Part shown: positions 29,441 to 39,042 of the stretch, one piece after another
Layout: each line of letters starts with the position of its first letter
Numbering within the stretch: the stretch's first letter is position 1
Assembly (NCBI GenBank): GCA_947631155.1
Contig: CANRKG010000005.1
Coordinates: 629-64,628 of the forward strand
Direction of reading: 5' to 3'
DNA length: 64,000 bases
Source of the DNA: an uncultured Bacilli bacterium
Lineage (GTDB): Bacteria > Bacillota_I > Bacilli_A > RF39 > UBA660
Position numbers and translations under genes: made by a program
The notes under the pieces: generated by a model
What the model was told of the DNA's origin: nothing
Databases searched by the model: none
Seen by the model: the letters and a program-made list of their open reading frames with translations, nothing else

Positions 29441-31597
29441 ATGAAACATGAATTATTAGCTCCTGCTGGTAATAAAGAAAGTCTATATCAAGCTATTCAT
29501 AATGGTGCTGATGCTGTGTATGTTGGGTTAAAGGACTTTGGTGCTCGCAGCTTCGCAACTAATTTTTCAAATTCAGAAATTATTGATGCTATCAAATTAT
29601 GTCATTTATATGGTGTAAAATTATATGTTACTATGAATACCTTGATTAAAGATAAAGAGATTAATTATTTTTTAGAACAAATAGAATTTTTACATAAAAA
29701 TGGTATTGATGCTGTTATAATGCAAGATTTTGGGATGATTTGCTTAGTAAGAGAAATGTTCCCTAATTTAGAGATTCATGCTTCAACCCAAGCTAATAAT
29801 AGTAGTAAAGAAACTATAGAATTATTTCATAAATTGGGAGTTAAAAGAGTAGTCTTACCTAGAGAAATGAATTTAGAAGAAATAAAAAAAATAGATATTC
29901 CTATAGAAAAAGAAGTATTTATTCATGGAGCATTATGTATTAGTTATTCTGGAAATTGTTATATGAGTTCGATGTTAGGAAATAGAAGTGGGAATAGAGG
30001 AGAATGTGTTGGTAACTGTAGACTTAAATATAGTTTAAAAAAGAATGATACTATAGTAAAAAAAGATCAATATTTATTAAGTACTAAGGAATTTAATACA
30101 ACTACAAAATTTCAGGATTTACTTAATACAGATATTTATAGTTTTAAAATAGAAGGAAGAATGAAAAGCCCAGAATACGTAGGCTTTGTTACTAATCTTT
30201 ATCGAAAATTAATTGACCAAAAAGATTTTTACTTAGATGAAGAACTTAATAAATTAAAAGTATTATTTAATCGTGGCTTTACAACAGGAAATTTATTTAA
30301 AGATAAGGATATTATGAATACAAATTCTTCGAATCATCTTGGCATTGAAATAGGTAAAGTAATCTCTGTAAATCCTAAAAAAATAGTAATTAAATTATTT
30401 AAAGATTTAAATCAAGAAGATGGCATTCGTTTTTATGAAAGTAAAAAAGGTTTTATTGTTAATTATTTATATGATAATAAAGGAAATTTAATTTCATCAG
30501 CCAAAGATAAAGTGACTCTTGATAATAAAGTTGGTTTAACTACTAACGATCGAGTTTTTAAAACTATTGATAGAAAATTAATTACTGAATTGAGAAAAAT
30601 AAATCTAAAAAAAATAGATGTTAATCTTTCTTTAATTGCTAAAAAAGATAAAAAATTAAAAATAATTATTGATGATTTTAAAAATATTTTAGAAGTAGAA
30701 GGAAGCATAGTAGAGCAAGCTAAAACAAGTAGTCTTGACCAAAATAGAATAATTAAACAATTAAATAAATTAGGTAATACACCTTTTATTGCTAAAGATA
30801 TTAAAATAGATATGGATGATAATATTTTTATATCTATTAAAGAATTAAATGAACTAAGAAGATTAGCTGTAGATAAATTAATTACTGTTAGATGCCAGAA
30901 TAATAATTCATTTATTAAAAAAGAAGTTAATTTTCAAAAATTAAATATCTCTAGCTCTTCTTATTTAACTGCTACTATTTATACGGAAGAACAGTTACAA
31001 ACTTGTTTAGAATTAGACTTTCAACGAATTTATGTAGCCGATATAAACTTATATAATAAATACAAATCTTATGAACAGGTTTATTATAAAATAGATCGTA
31101 ATCCATATGTGGTTAAAGATATTATTCAGGAAAAAAATCTTATTGGTGAAAATATATTATTTAGTCAATATAAAAATACATATGGAGATTATTTTTTAAA
31201 TATAACTAACATTTATTCTGCATATTATTTATTAAAGAATGGATTACCTTTAATACCAGTATCAATTGAGTTAACCAAAGATGAAGTGTTAAATTTAGTT
31301 AATCAATTTAAAAAGAAGTTTTTATTTGAATTACCAATAGAAGTAGTTGTTTATGGAAGAGTTTGTAATATGACTATAAAGGGAAATATTCTCAAATTAG
31401 ATCATAAATTTAAATATTGTTTAGTAGATAATAAGAAAAATAATTTTCCTGTATTTTTTAAAAATGATCGAACTTATATATTAAATTGTTCTAATAATCT
31501 AGTTAATTATAATGATTCTTTTTCAGGTGTTAAAAGATTTGACTTTTATGATGAAACTAAAGAAAAGATTGTAAATATTGTCAATATGTTAAAATAA
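29441..31597 (+). CDS. Peptidase U32 family protein, long form with C-terminal extension
   Basis: U32 signature EVFIHGALCISYSGNCYMS. The N-terminus is paralogous to 16163 (ELLAPAG...GADAVY). Confidence 0.85.
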   Translation: MKHELLAPAGNKESLYQAIHNGADAVYVGLKDFGARSFATNFSNSEIIDAIKLCHLYGVKLYVTMNTLIKDKEINYFLEQIEFLHKNGIDAVIMQDFGMICLVREMFPNLEIHASTQANNSSKETIELFHKLGVKRVVLPREMNLEEIKKIDIPIEKEVFIHGALCISYSGNCYMSSMLGNRSGNRGECVGNCRLKYSLKKNDTIVKKDQYLLSTKEFNTTTKFQDLLNTDIYSFKIEGRMKSPEYVGFVTNLYRKLIDQKDFYLDEELNKLKVLFNRGFTTGNLFKDKDIMNTNSSNHLGIEIGKVISVNPKKIVIKLFKDLNQEDGIRFYESKKGFIVNYLYDNKGNLISSAKDKVTLDNKVGLTTNDRVFKTIDRKLITELRKINLKKIDVNLSLIAKKDKKLKIIIDDFKNILEVEGSIVEQAKTSSLDQNRIIKQLNKLGNTPFIAKDIKIDMDDNIFISIKELNELRRLAVDKLITVRCQNNNSFIKKEVNFQKLNISSSSYLTATIYTEEQLQTCLELDFQRIYVADINLYNKYKSYEQVYYKIDRNPYVVKDIIQEKNLIGENILFSQYKNTYGDYFLNITNIYSAYYLLKNGLPLIPVSIELTKDEVLNLVNQFKKKFLFELPIEVVVYGRVCNMTIKGNILKLDHKFKYCLVDNKKNNFPVFFKNDRTYILNCSNNLVNYNDSFSGVKRFDFYDETKEKIVNIVNMLK

Positions 31598-31662
31598 TAC
31601 AGTTTGTTATTACTAAATAATAGAATTTGTGGTAAAATAAAAACAGATAGGAGTGTTGTTTT

Positions 31663-32190
31663 ATGTCTAATAAAAAAAATGATGATTTAAGAAAGATTCC
31701 AACTAAAAATTATGTAATTTTATTAATCATATTTTTAATTACATTTTTACTGGTATACTATTTATATCGCTTTTATGTAGTGTATTCTAGCTATCAAAAA
31801 GAAACTCCTATAATTAGAGATGTCTTACCAGAAATAACAGATCAAGAATTAGAACACTATATTCAAGAGTCTCCATCTATTGTTATTTATATGTGTACAG
31901 CTAGTGATGATACTTGTCGTAACTTTGAAAAAAGTTTTAAAAAATTGATTAATAAGAAAAATTTATCAACTTATATTACTTACTTAAATTTAAGCAATGC
32001 CGATATAGATAACTTTACTAATGAATTTAATAATTCATATCAATATAAACAAAAATTAACAAATAATTATCCAGCTTTAGTAGTATTCGAAGATGATAAA
32101 GTTAGAGATATTATTCAAAATAGTAAAAAAGAAAAAATAAATATGACTGATGTTGAACAATTTTTAAAAAGAAATAAAATAGGGGAGTAA
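31663..32190 (+). CDS. Membrane-anchored thioredoxin-fold-like protein (tentative)
   Basis: N-terminal TM segment. An extracytoplasmic domain of about 130 aa carries IVIYMCTASDDTCRNFE where thioredoxins carry CxxC. Confidence 0.45.
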   Translation: MSNKKNDDLRKIPTKNYVILLIIFLITFLLVYYLYRFYVVYSSYQKETPIIRDVLPEITDQELEHYIQESPSIVIYMCTASDDTCRNFEKSFKKLINKKNLSTYITYLNLSNADIDNFTNEFNNSYQYKQKLTNNYPALVVFEDDKVRDIIQNSKKEKINMTDVEQFLKRNKIGE

Positions 32191-32210
32191 GTCTTGTTAG
32201 GAGAAAGATT

Positions 32211-32720
32211 ATGAATCATATTGTACTATATCAACCAGAAATCCCTCAAAATACAGGTAATATTATGAGAACCTGTGTTGCTACTAATACGAAGTTACAT
32301 TTAATAAAACCATTAGGATTTTCATTAGAAGAAAAAAATTTAAAAAGATGTAGTGCTAATTATATGGATAAATTAAATTATGAAGTATATGAAAATTTTG
32401 ATGAATTTAAGAAAATGAATAAAGGGATTTATTATTATTTTACTAGATATGGAAAAAAGCCTCATACAAGTTTTAATTATGAAAATAAAGATAATGAGAA
32501 CTTATATTTTATCTTTGGTAGAGAATCTACTGGTATACCAAAAGAATTATTACAGAAAGATTTAGATCATTGTATGAGAATCCCAATGACAAAAGATGTA
32601 AGAGCACTAAATTTATCTAATTGCTGTGCTATAGTTATTTATGAAGCTTTAAGACAACAAAATTATAATGATTTATTGAAATATGAGCCTCATAAGGGTG
32701 CTGATTATTTAGAAAATTAG
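32211..32720 (+). CDS. trmL: tRNA (cytidine/uridine-2'-O-)-methyltransferase TrmL (SpoU/TrmH family)
   Basis: HIVLYQPEIPQNTGNIMRTC N-terminus, FGRESTGIP and LNLSNCCAIVIYEALRQ motifs. Confidence 0.88.
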   Translation: MNHIVLYQPEIPQNTGNIMRTCVATNTKLHLIKPLGFSLEEKNLKRCSANYMDKLNYEVYENFDEFKKMNKGIYYYFTRYGKKPHTSFNYENKDNENLYFIFGRESTGIPKELLQKDLDHCMRIPMTKDVRALNLSNCCAIVIYEALRQQNYNDLLKYEPHKGADYLEN

Positions 32721-32755
32721 GATTATAAAGAGACTGACATAATCAATCTCATTAT

Positions 32756-32784
32756 AAAAGTAAGAAATTAATTTCTTACTTTTT
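32756..32784. terminator. Terminator hairpin between convergent trmL and the Rpn-like gene
   Basis: aaaagtaagaaat/atttcttactttt inverted repeat followed by T-rich sequence. Confidence 0.65.
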
Positions 32785-32789
32785 GCTTT

Positions 32790-33659
32790 TTATAAATCTT
32801 TAAGACTTATACCTGTAATTTGAGATATCTCTTCTATAGAAAAATTTCTCTTTTGCATTTCTTTGGCTATTTCTTTATTTCTGGTATTAATTCCTTGTTC
32901 TATTCCTTTTTCCAAACCTTTTTCTATTCCTTGTTCTATTCCTTGTTCAAGTCCAGCCTTAACTCCATCTTCATAACCTTCACTTCTAATGGAATTTTCA
33001 ATCTTTCTATTATCTTCTTCTGCACTCATATATTCTCTAAATTCTGGTTCTTCATTTACTCTTTCTATCTCATTCATATACTTTGATACCACCTTATCTT
33101 TGATAGATAGTTTTCTTAATTCCTTTAATCCTAAATCTAGCATTAATAAATATTTATTTGCTTCTATCTCTTCTTGGTTCTTATTGTACCAAAAACTTTT
33201 ATATTTTTCCATATTTATTTCATAGATTATTAAGTTCTTGACATACTTATTTCCTTTATCATCTTGAACTAAATATTTCCTGATATATTCTTCATTTTTA
33301 ATATCATAACTCATGTTGATTTGAATTATTAATGTTTTCTCATTATACTCTTCTCCTACTAAGATATGGTGAGAATAGATATCACATATATAAGCCATAT
33401 TTCTACTATTTAAATATTTAGGATTTTCAGTATTTACTTCTACTTGAATCTTTCCTATATCTGTTTCTAAATATAAATCCAGATGTTTTCTTTTTACCTT
33501 AATATTATCTACATTTCTTTCTAGATTTAGAAATCTTATTTTGTCTATTTTTACTTTTAAGATTGTTTCTAAGACCTTTTCTAAAATATCTTTATTTTCT
33601 TCTTTCATAAAGACTTCTTTAAAGGCTCTATCATATTTACATGTGTAAAACTTTTCCAT
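32790..33659 (-). CDS. Rpn-family recombination-promoting nuclease / putative PD-(D/E)XK transposase
   Basis: N-terminus KYDRAFKEVF...LDLYLETDIGKIQVEVN (PD-(D/E)XK-like). C-terminal GLEQGIEQGIEKGLEKGIEQGI repeats are typical of this family. Confidence 0.75.
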   Translation of the reverse strand: MEKFYTCKYDRAFKEVFMKEENKDILEKVLETILKVKIDKIRFLNLERNVDNIKVKRKHLDLYLETDIGKIQVEVNTENPKYLNSRNMAYICDIYSHHILVGEEYNEKTLIIQINMSYDIKNEEYIRKYLVQDDKGNKYVKNLIIYEINMEKYKSFWYNKNQEEIEANKYLLMLDLGLKELRKLSIKDKVVSKYMNEIERVNEEPEFREYMSAEEDNRKIENSIRSEGYEDGVKAGLEQGIEQGIEKGLEKGIEQGINTRNKEIAKEMQKRNFSIEEISQITGISLKDL

Positions 33660-33666
33660 TAAAATT

Positions 33667-33694
33667 CCTCCTTACTCTATTATTCGTAAGGAGG
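33667..33694 (-). promoter_or_regulatory. SD-sequestering hairpin in the 5' leader of the Rpn-like gene
   Basis: On the minus-strand RNA, CCUCCUUAC (anti-SD) pairs with GUAAGGAGG (the SD itself) through a 9-bp perfect stem with a 10-nt loop. Confidence 0.5.
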
Positions 33695-33725
33695 ATGTTT
33701 TTTCCTTGCTAATAACATAAAAATT

Positions 33726-33754
33726 TTGACTAATAATATAATTTAATATATACT
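33726..33754 (+). promoter_or_regulatory. Sigma-A-like promoter of the M29 aminopeptidase gene
   Basis: TTGACT, 17-nt spacer, TATACT. Confidence 0.5.
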
Positions 33755-33792
33755 TTAGTAGATAATAATTAAACTGAGGAGATAGATAAAAT

Positions 33793-35004
33793 ATGTTAGA
33801 ACAAGAAGAAAAATATATAGACTTATTATTAAAAGGATGTCTTAATTTTAATCAAAGTAAGTCCTTATTTATTCATTATGATGTTATTATTAAACCTTTT
33901 GTAGAAAAAATAATAAAAAAAGCTCAATTAATGGGAATCAGTGATATTGTTTTAGATGAAAAGGATATTAATATAACTCATGAAAAATTAAAAAATACTA
34001 CCAAAGAAGAAATTGAAAAAGATTCTTATTTTAATAGAAGTAATTGGGATATTTATGCCAATAAAGGTGCTAGTTTTTTACTCCTTAATACAGAATTTCC
34101 ACATTTTATGGATGATATCGATCCAACTTTAATTGCTCAAGCTGCGCTAACTAATATAAATACTAGTCCTTTATATAAAAGATTACAATTATCTTATAAG
34201 ATTCCTTGGTGTATTGCTTCTTTTCCTAATGAATATTGGGCTAAAAGTATCTATGCTGAAGATGATTTGTCCTATAATAAATTATTTAATGCTATCATGA
34301 AAATGTGTATGGTAGATACTAAAGATCCTATTGCTAGTTGGGAAGAACAGCTAGCAATTGCAACGGAAAGGAGTACCAAATTAAATAATTTAAAAATTAA
34401 AAAGTTACATTATACAAATAGTTTAGGAACAGATTTAACAATAGAATTACCTAATAATTATTATTTTCAAAGTGCTGCTAATGCTGATAATGGAAAAATG
34501 TTAGTTAATATGCCTAGTTATGAAATATTTACATCCCCAAATTACCGTAAAACAGAAGGCATTGTTTATAGTTCCAAACCCTTGATTTATAATGGTTCAT
34601 TAATTGATGATTTTTATTTAATATTTAAAGAGGGAAAAGTAATTGATTATAATGCTAAAATAGGTAAGGAGATTCTAAAACAGATTATTGAAACTGATGA
34701 ACAATCTTGTTATCTAGGGGAAGTGGCTTTAGTTAATTATGATTCTCCAATTTCTAATACAGGTTTAGTATTTGGAACAACTTTAATTGATGAAAATGCT
34801 TCTTGTCATTTAGCATTAGGAGAAGGTTTTCCTGATGCTATAGAAAATGGGCTTAAGCTAACTAAAGAAGAATTAATAAAAAGAGGAATTAATCAATCTA
34901 AACAGCATGTTGATTTTATGATTGGAACTGAAGATTTACAAATTGAAGCTGAGACTAATGATGGTCAAATAATAATATTTAAAGAAGGAAATTTTGATAT
35001 CTAA
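33793..35004 (+). CDS. M29 family aminopeptidase (AmpS/PepS-like)
   Basis: About 400 aa with a typical M29 layout. C-terminal HVDFMIGTEDL motif. Confidence 0.8.
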   Translation: MLEQEEKYIDLLLKGCLNFNQSKSLFIHYDVIIKPFVEKIIKKAQLMGISDIVLDEKDINITHEKLKNTTKEEIEKDSYFNRSNWDIYANKGASFLLLNTEFPHFMDDIDPTLIAQAALTNINTSPLYKRLQLSYKIPWCIASFPNEYWAKSIYAEDDLSYNKLFNAIMKMCMVDTKDPIASWEEQLAIATERSTKLNNLKIKKLHYTNSLGTDLTIELPNNYYFQSAANADNGKMLVNMPSYEIFTSPNYRKTEGIVYSSKPLIYNGSLIDDFYLIFKEGKVIDYNAKIGKEILKQIIETDEQSCYLGEVALVNYDSPISNTGLVFGTTLIDENASCHLALGEGFPDAIENGLKLTKEELIKRGINQSKQHVDFMIGTEDLQIEAETNDGQIIIFKEGNFDI

Positions 35005-35588
35005 TGAGTAAAAATAAATATATTCTACCAATGCAAGGTTTATGGTATGTAGAATATGGGGGTCTTAATAGAAAAACATCACACTCTTGGGATGTTATTT
35101 CGCAAAGATATGCCTATGATTTTGAAATTAGAAAACAACAATTACCCTATCATAGTGATTATACTAAGTGTGATAATTATTATAGCTATAAAGAAAATAT
35201 TATTGCTCCCTTAGATGGTTGGGTAGTTGATATAAAAAATGAATATGATAATACAAGAATTTTAAAAGATAGACCAATTATTTGTGATTGCGATAATCCC
35301 ATGGGCAACTATATTATAATTAAGCATAAACATAATGAATATAGTGTGATTGCTCATATTGAAAAAAATAGTTTTAAAGTAGATATAGGCGATACAGTTA
35401 AACAAGGACAAACTATAGCTTTAGTTGGTAATAGTGGAAATACCCAAGGACCTCATATCCATTTTCAACTTCAAAATAGTGATAAAAAAGGATTAATTAT
35501 AACCTTTGATAATATTTTAGTTCAAAAGAAAAATAAATTTAAAAGAACTAAATATATAAATAAAGGCATCTATGTAAAAAATAAATAA
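35004..35588 (+). CDS. M23 family metallopeptidase domain protein (no signal peptide seen)
   Basis: GNSGNTQGPHIHFQL (HxH) and HxxxD-like region. TAATG overlap with the upstream gene. Confidence 0.75.
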   Translation: MSKNKYILPMQGLWYVEYGGLNRKTSHSWDVISQRYAYDFEIRKQQLPYHSDYTKCDNYYSYKENIIAPLDGWVVDIKNEYDNTRILKDRPIICDCDNPMGNYIIIKHKHNEYSVIAHIEKNSFKVDIGDTVKQGQTIALVGNSGNTQGPHIHFQLQNSDKKGLIITFDNILVQKKNKFKRTKYINKGIYVKNK

Positions 35589-35679
35589 TAATTTTTTAAT
35601 AAAATAAAAGATAATCTCTTTTATTTTTTTTGTAAATAATATATAATAAAAAATAAGAGATAATAGGAGGAGGGGTAAT

Positions 35680-37242
35680 ATGATTTTTAGAAAACCATAT
35701 GCATTCCTAATTAAAAATTTTAGGAAAATACATATTTTATTATTTATATTATGCTCATTCTTATTATATAAAACTATGCAGTTAGTTGGATTTGTCAAAG
35801 ATTTTATTACTTATGTTAGTTATGATCCTTATTTAGAACCAATTACTAAGTATACAAGCGTTATATTTTATATTTTTATTCTTAGTGTAATAGTAATATC
35901 TATTACTTTATTACTGTTATTAAGAAGAAAAAATAAACCCTGGATTTTGTATTTGATTCCAATTGTTACATATATATTTATTTTAGTTTTATTTATGTCA
36001 ATTCAAAATTATTTTGTTGGTTATGAAGGTGAAACTTCAACTGCTACGGCAAGAGCTTTTCGAGATTTCTTAAATATTGGAACTATACCGCAATATGTAA
36101 CACTAATTATTTTGTCAATCAGAATATTAGGTTTAGATTTAAAAAAATTTAGTTTTGGAAATGATGAAGAATTTTTAGAGTTAGATCAAAATGATAAAGA
36201 AGAAGTTGAAGTTAGTATTAATTTTGATAAACATATTTTTCAAAGACTTTTTAAAAAGACATTACGTTTATTAGGATATTTTTATCAAGAACATAAACTG
36301 ATTGTTAATATAGTATTTGTTTTAGTTATGATATTTTTAATAGGTTCATCAGCCTTATATATTATGAATCATAAACCAGTAGCAGAAACAAAAGTTTTAA
36401 ATGCTAATGGCTATTCAATTTCTGTAAATGAAAGTTATTTTACTAATTTAGATAAGATGGGGAATATTTTAGAACAAGATAGTAACTTTGTAGTGTTAAA
36501 TTTAACTGTTAAAAATAATAGTTATAAAAGAAAATTAAATATGTCTAACTTTCATTTAGTAAATGGTAAACATGATATAGTTTTTTCTGGAAGTACTTAT
36601 AGTAAATATTTTACTGATATAGGTAAAGAATATAAAGTTAGAGATTTTGAAGCAGGTGAAGAAAGAACTTTTGCTTTAATATTTAAGGTTGATAAAAAAT
36701 TATCAAAAAATAACTTTGTTTTATACTACCAGCAATATCAATCATATAAAAATATTTATTTAAGAAAACTTAAGTTAAATTTAAAAGAAATTTCTACTAT
36801 AGTTAAAAATCCTTCTAAAAATATTAATGAAGAATTAATTGTAACTTATCCTAATGGTACTAAGAAAAATATGATTTTTGAAACTGTAAATATAGTTGGT
36901 GAAACTACTTATAGAAAAGAAACTTGTGATGAAGATCAAAATTGTTTTATCGATACATTTGATATAAAACCTTTAGGAAATTATAAGGTATTACAAATTA
37001 ATTTTGCATCAGATGACTTTGAAGGGGAAGAATTGATTGACTTTTCTATTAATTATGGTAAAATTAGATATATAGATAATGAGAATATAACACGAGAGTT
37101 AAAGATAGAAGATGCAACAGATAATGCAGAATACTTAGGAAATTACTTGTATATTAAAATACCAACTAATTTAGAAACTGCTAAAAGTATAGAATTTATT
37201 TATACATTAAGAAATCAACAATATAGTTATAAAATTAAATAA
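35680..37242 (+). CDS. Polytopic membrane protein with C-terminal DUF4352-like beta-sandwich domain; first gene of the cluster
   Basis: Very strong RBS AGGAGGAGGGG. About five TM segments, then NFVVLNLTVKNNSYKRKLNMSNFHLVNGKH, which is typical of DUF4352-type domains (judged by eye). Confidence 0.6.
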   Translation: MIFRKPYAFLIKNFRKIHILLFILCSFLLYKTMQLVGFVKDFITYVSYDPYLEPITKYTSVIFYIFILSVIVISITLLLLLRRKNKPWILYLIPIVTYIFILVLFMSIQNYFVGYEGETSTATARAFRDFLNIGTIPQYVTLIILSIRILGLDLKKFSFGNDEEFLELDQNDKEEVEVSINFDKHIFQRLFKKTLRLLGYFYQEHKLIVNIVFVLVMIFLIGSSALYIMNHKPVAETKVLNANGYSISVNESYFTNLDKMGNILEQDSNFVVLNLTVKNNSYKRKLNMSNFHLVNGKHDIVFSGSTYSKYFTDIGKEYKVRDFEAGEERTFALIFKVDKKLSKNNFVLYYQQYQSYKNIYLRKLKLNLKEISTIVKNPSKNINEELIVTYPNGTKKNMIFETVNIVGETTYRKETCDEDQNCFIDTFDIKPLGNYKVLQINFASDDFEGEELIDFSINYGKIRYIDNENITRELKIEDATDNAEYLGNYLYIKIPTNLETAKSIEFIYTLRNQQYSYKIK

Positions 37243-37254
37243 GGAGATTTTGTT

Positions 37255-39027
37255 ATGAAGATTAATAAGAAAAGACAGAAACAAATAAAAGCTATATGTA
37301 TTTGTATAATTGTAGTTTTAGTAATATGGTTTGTGATATTAAGCCCAATACTTAAATTTAAAAAAGATGAAAAAACTGTTGAGGATGCTGCGAAAAGATA
37401 TTATGAAATTAACAATGGACAATTGCCAACAGGAAAGAAAATAAAAACAGTTTCTTTACAAACATTATATGAAAAGAAATTTATTGAAGAAGATATACGA
37501 GCTTCCTATACTAATAAAGTATGTGATAGTAAAAGTTCATGGGTAAAAGTTAAACAACAAGATAATGATTATAAATATTATGTTTATCTAGATTGCGGAT
37601 TATTTAAATCTAAAGTTGATCATACTGGTCCTCAGATAAAATTAAAAGGTCAAGATGAAGTAACTGTAAATAAAGGAGAAACTTATAAAGATTCTGGAAT
37701 AGATAGCATTACAGATGATACTGATGGTAAGATAGATATTAGTAAAGTTGAAATTAATGATAAAAAATTAGATACAAGTAAAGTAGGAACTTATGAGATT
37801 AGTTATAAAATAAAAGATAGTTTTAATAACGAAACAATAAAAATTAGAACAGTTAAAGTAGTAGAAACTTTAAATCATATTGTAGAAAAAGATACTAAAG
37901 GTAGTAAAGTTTATAAAGGTACTCAAGATAGTAATTATGTTAAATTAGATGGTATTCTATTTAAAATAGTTGGCGAAAATGAAGATGGAACTATTAAATT
38001 AGTTAGTTCTACTAATTTAGCCGCAGTAAATTATGATGGAGTTCAAGAATGGTTGAATGATTATTTTTATGAAAAATTAAGTGATAGTGCTAAAAAATTA
38101 ATTCAAAAAAGTAAATGGTGTAATGAAAAAGTTACTGATGCAAATCAATATACAACATGTAATGAATATAGTAAGAAAACTAATGTAGGTCTTTTATCAA
38201 TTGCTGATATTAATAATTCCAAAGCAGAAGATGAAACTTATAATATAGATATTAGTAACGTTTTATGGTTAGCTAATGCCAACGATAGCAAAACCAATTG
38301 GTCAATGAATTATGGTGAATATGTTGCAGAAAAAACAAGTTCTAATATACCAGCTAGTCCAGTTATTAATATAATAAAAGATACTATCGTTACTGAAGGA
38401 AATGGGTCGTTTTATAATCCATATATCTTAAAAGGAAACAAAAAGACTTTAAAAGCTGGAGAAAAAATATCAGAAGCCAGAGTAGGAGAATATATTTCAT
38501 ATTCTGGATATAGTTGGAGAGTAGAAAGCATAGAACAAGATGGAACTACTAAGATAGTAATGACAGGAATAGTTAATTATAATGGTGATAATTACTATAC
38601 AAGATTTGGTAATGACTCAAAACCATATTATAAACCGTCTTTAAAAAATAGTATTGCTTATAATATAACAAATGATGTAGTTGAATATGTCAAAACAGGA
38701 GTCTTCCAAAAGAAAAAAATAGATGTAGCCAATTATACAAAAACAATAGGATATTTAAAAGATAGTAAGAAAAATAATTATAATATAAAGTTGACAATCC
38801 CAAGTATGTATGACTTATTTAGTTATAGCTCGGATGTTGATTATTGGTATAGAGATTATTCAGAAGATGCTTCTAAATGTTGTTATACACGTTATGGAAA
38901 AGTTATTTGTGATACATATAGTGGAGATTATTTATATGGAATTAAAATAGAAGGATATTTAAAGGAATCTATTCAAGTAAAAAGTGGACAAGGAAATTTA
39001 GATGATCCATATGTAATTGCAAGTTAG
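37255..39027 (+). CDS. N-terminally anchored surface protein: pilin-like head, DUF5011-like Ig domain, two copies of a ~190-aa module
   Basis: After the TM anchor: AAKRYYEINNGQLPTGKKIKTVSLQTLYEKKFI (ComGC/pseudopilin-like alpha-beta loop). Ig-like block HTGPQIKLKGQDEVTVNKGETYKD...GTYEISYKIKDSFNNE. Modules end in GNGSFYNPYILKG and GQGNLDDPYVIAS. Paralogue of 59918. Confidence 0.65.
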   Translation: MKINKKRQKQIKAICICIIVVLVIWFVILSPILKFKKDEKTVEDAAKRYYEINNGQLPTGKKIKTVSLQTLYEKKFIEEDIRASYTNKVCDSKSSWVKVKQQDNDYKYYVYLDCGLFKSKVDHTGPQIKLKGQDEVTVNKGETYKDSGIDSITDDTDGKIDISKVEINDKKLDTSKVGTYEISYKIKDSFNNETIKIRTVKVVETLNHIVEKDTKGSKVYKGTQDSNYVKLDGILFKIVGENEDGTIKLVSSTNLAAVNYDGVQEWLNDYFYEKLSDSAKKLIQKSKWCNEKVTDANQYTTCNEYSKKTNVGLLSIADINNSKAEDETYNIDISNVLWLANANDSKTNWSMNYGEYVAEKTSSNIPASPVINIIKDTIVTEGNGSFYNPYILKGNKKTLKAGEKISEARVGEYISYSGYSWRVESIEQDGTTKIVMTGIVNYNGDNYYTRFGNDSKPYYKPSLKNSIAYNITNDVVEYVKTGVFQKKKIDVANYTKTIGYLKDSKKNNYNIKLTIPSMYDLFSYSSDVDYWYRDYSEDASKCCYTRYGKVICDTYSGDYLYGIKIEGYLKESIQVKSGQGNLDDPYVIAS

Positions 39028-39042
39028 TAAAGGAAATGTATT

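Noticed and set aside
35630-35647. TTGTAA ... TATAAT upstream of the first cluster gene, considered as its promoter.
   Set aside because: The two hexamers are only 6 nt apart, so they cannot act as a -35/-10 pair. The true promoter was not identified.
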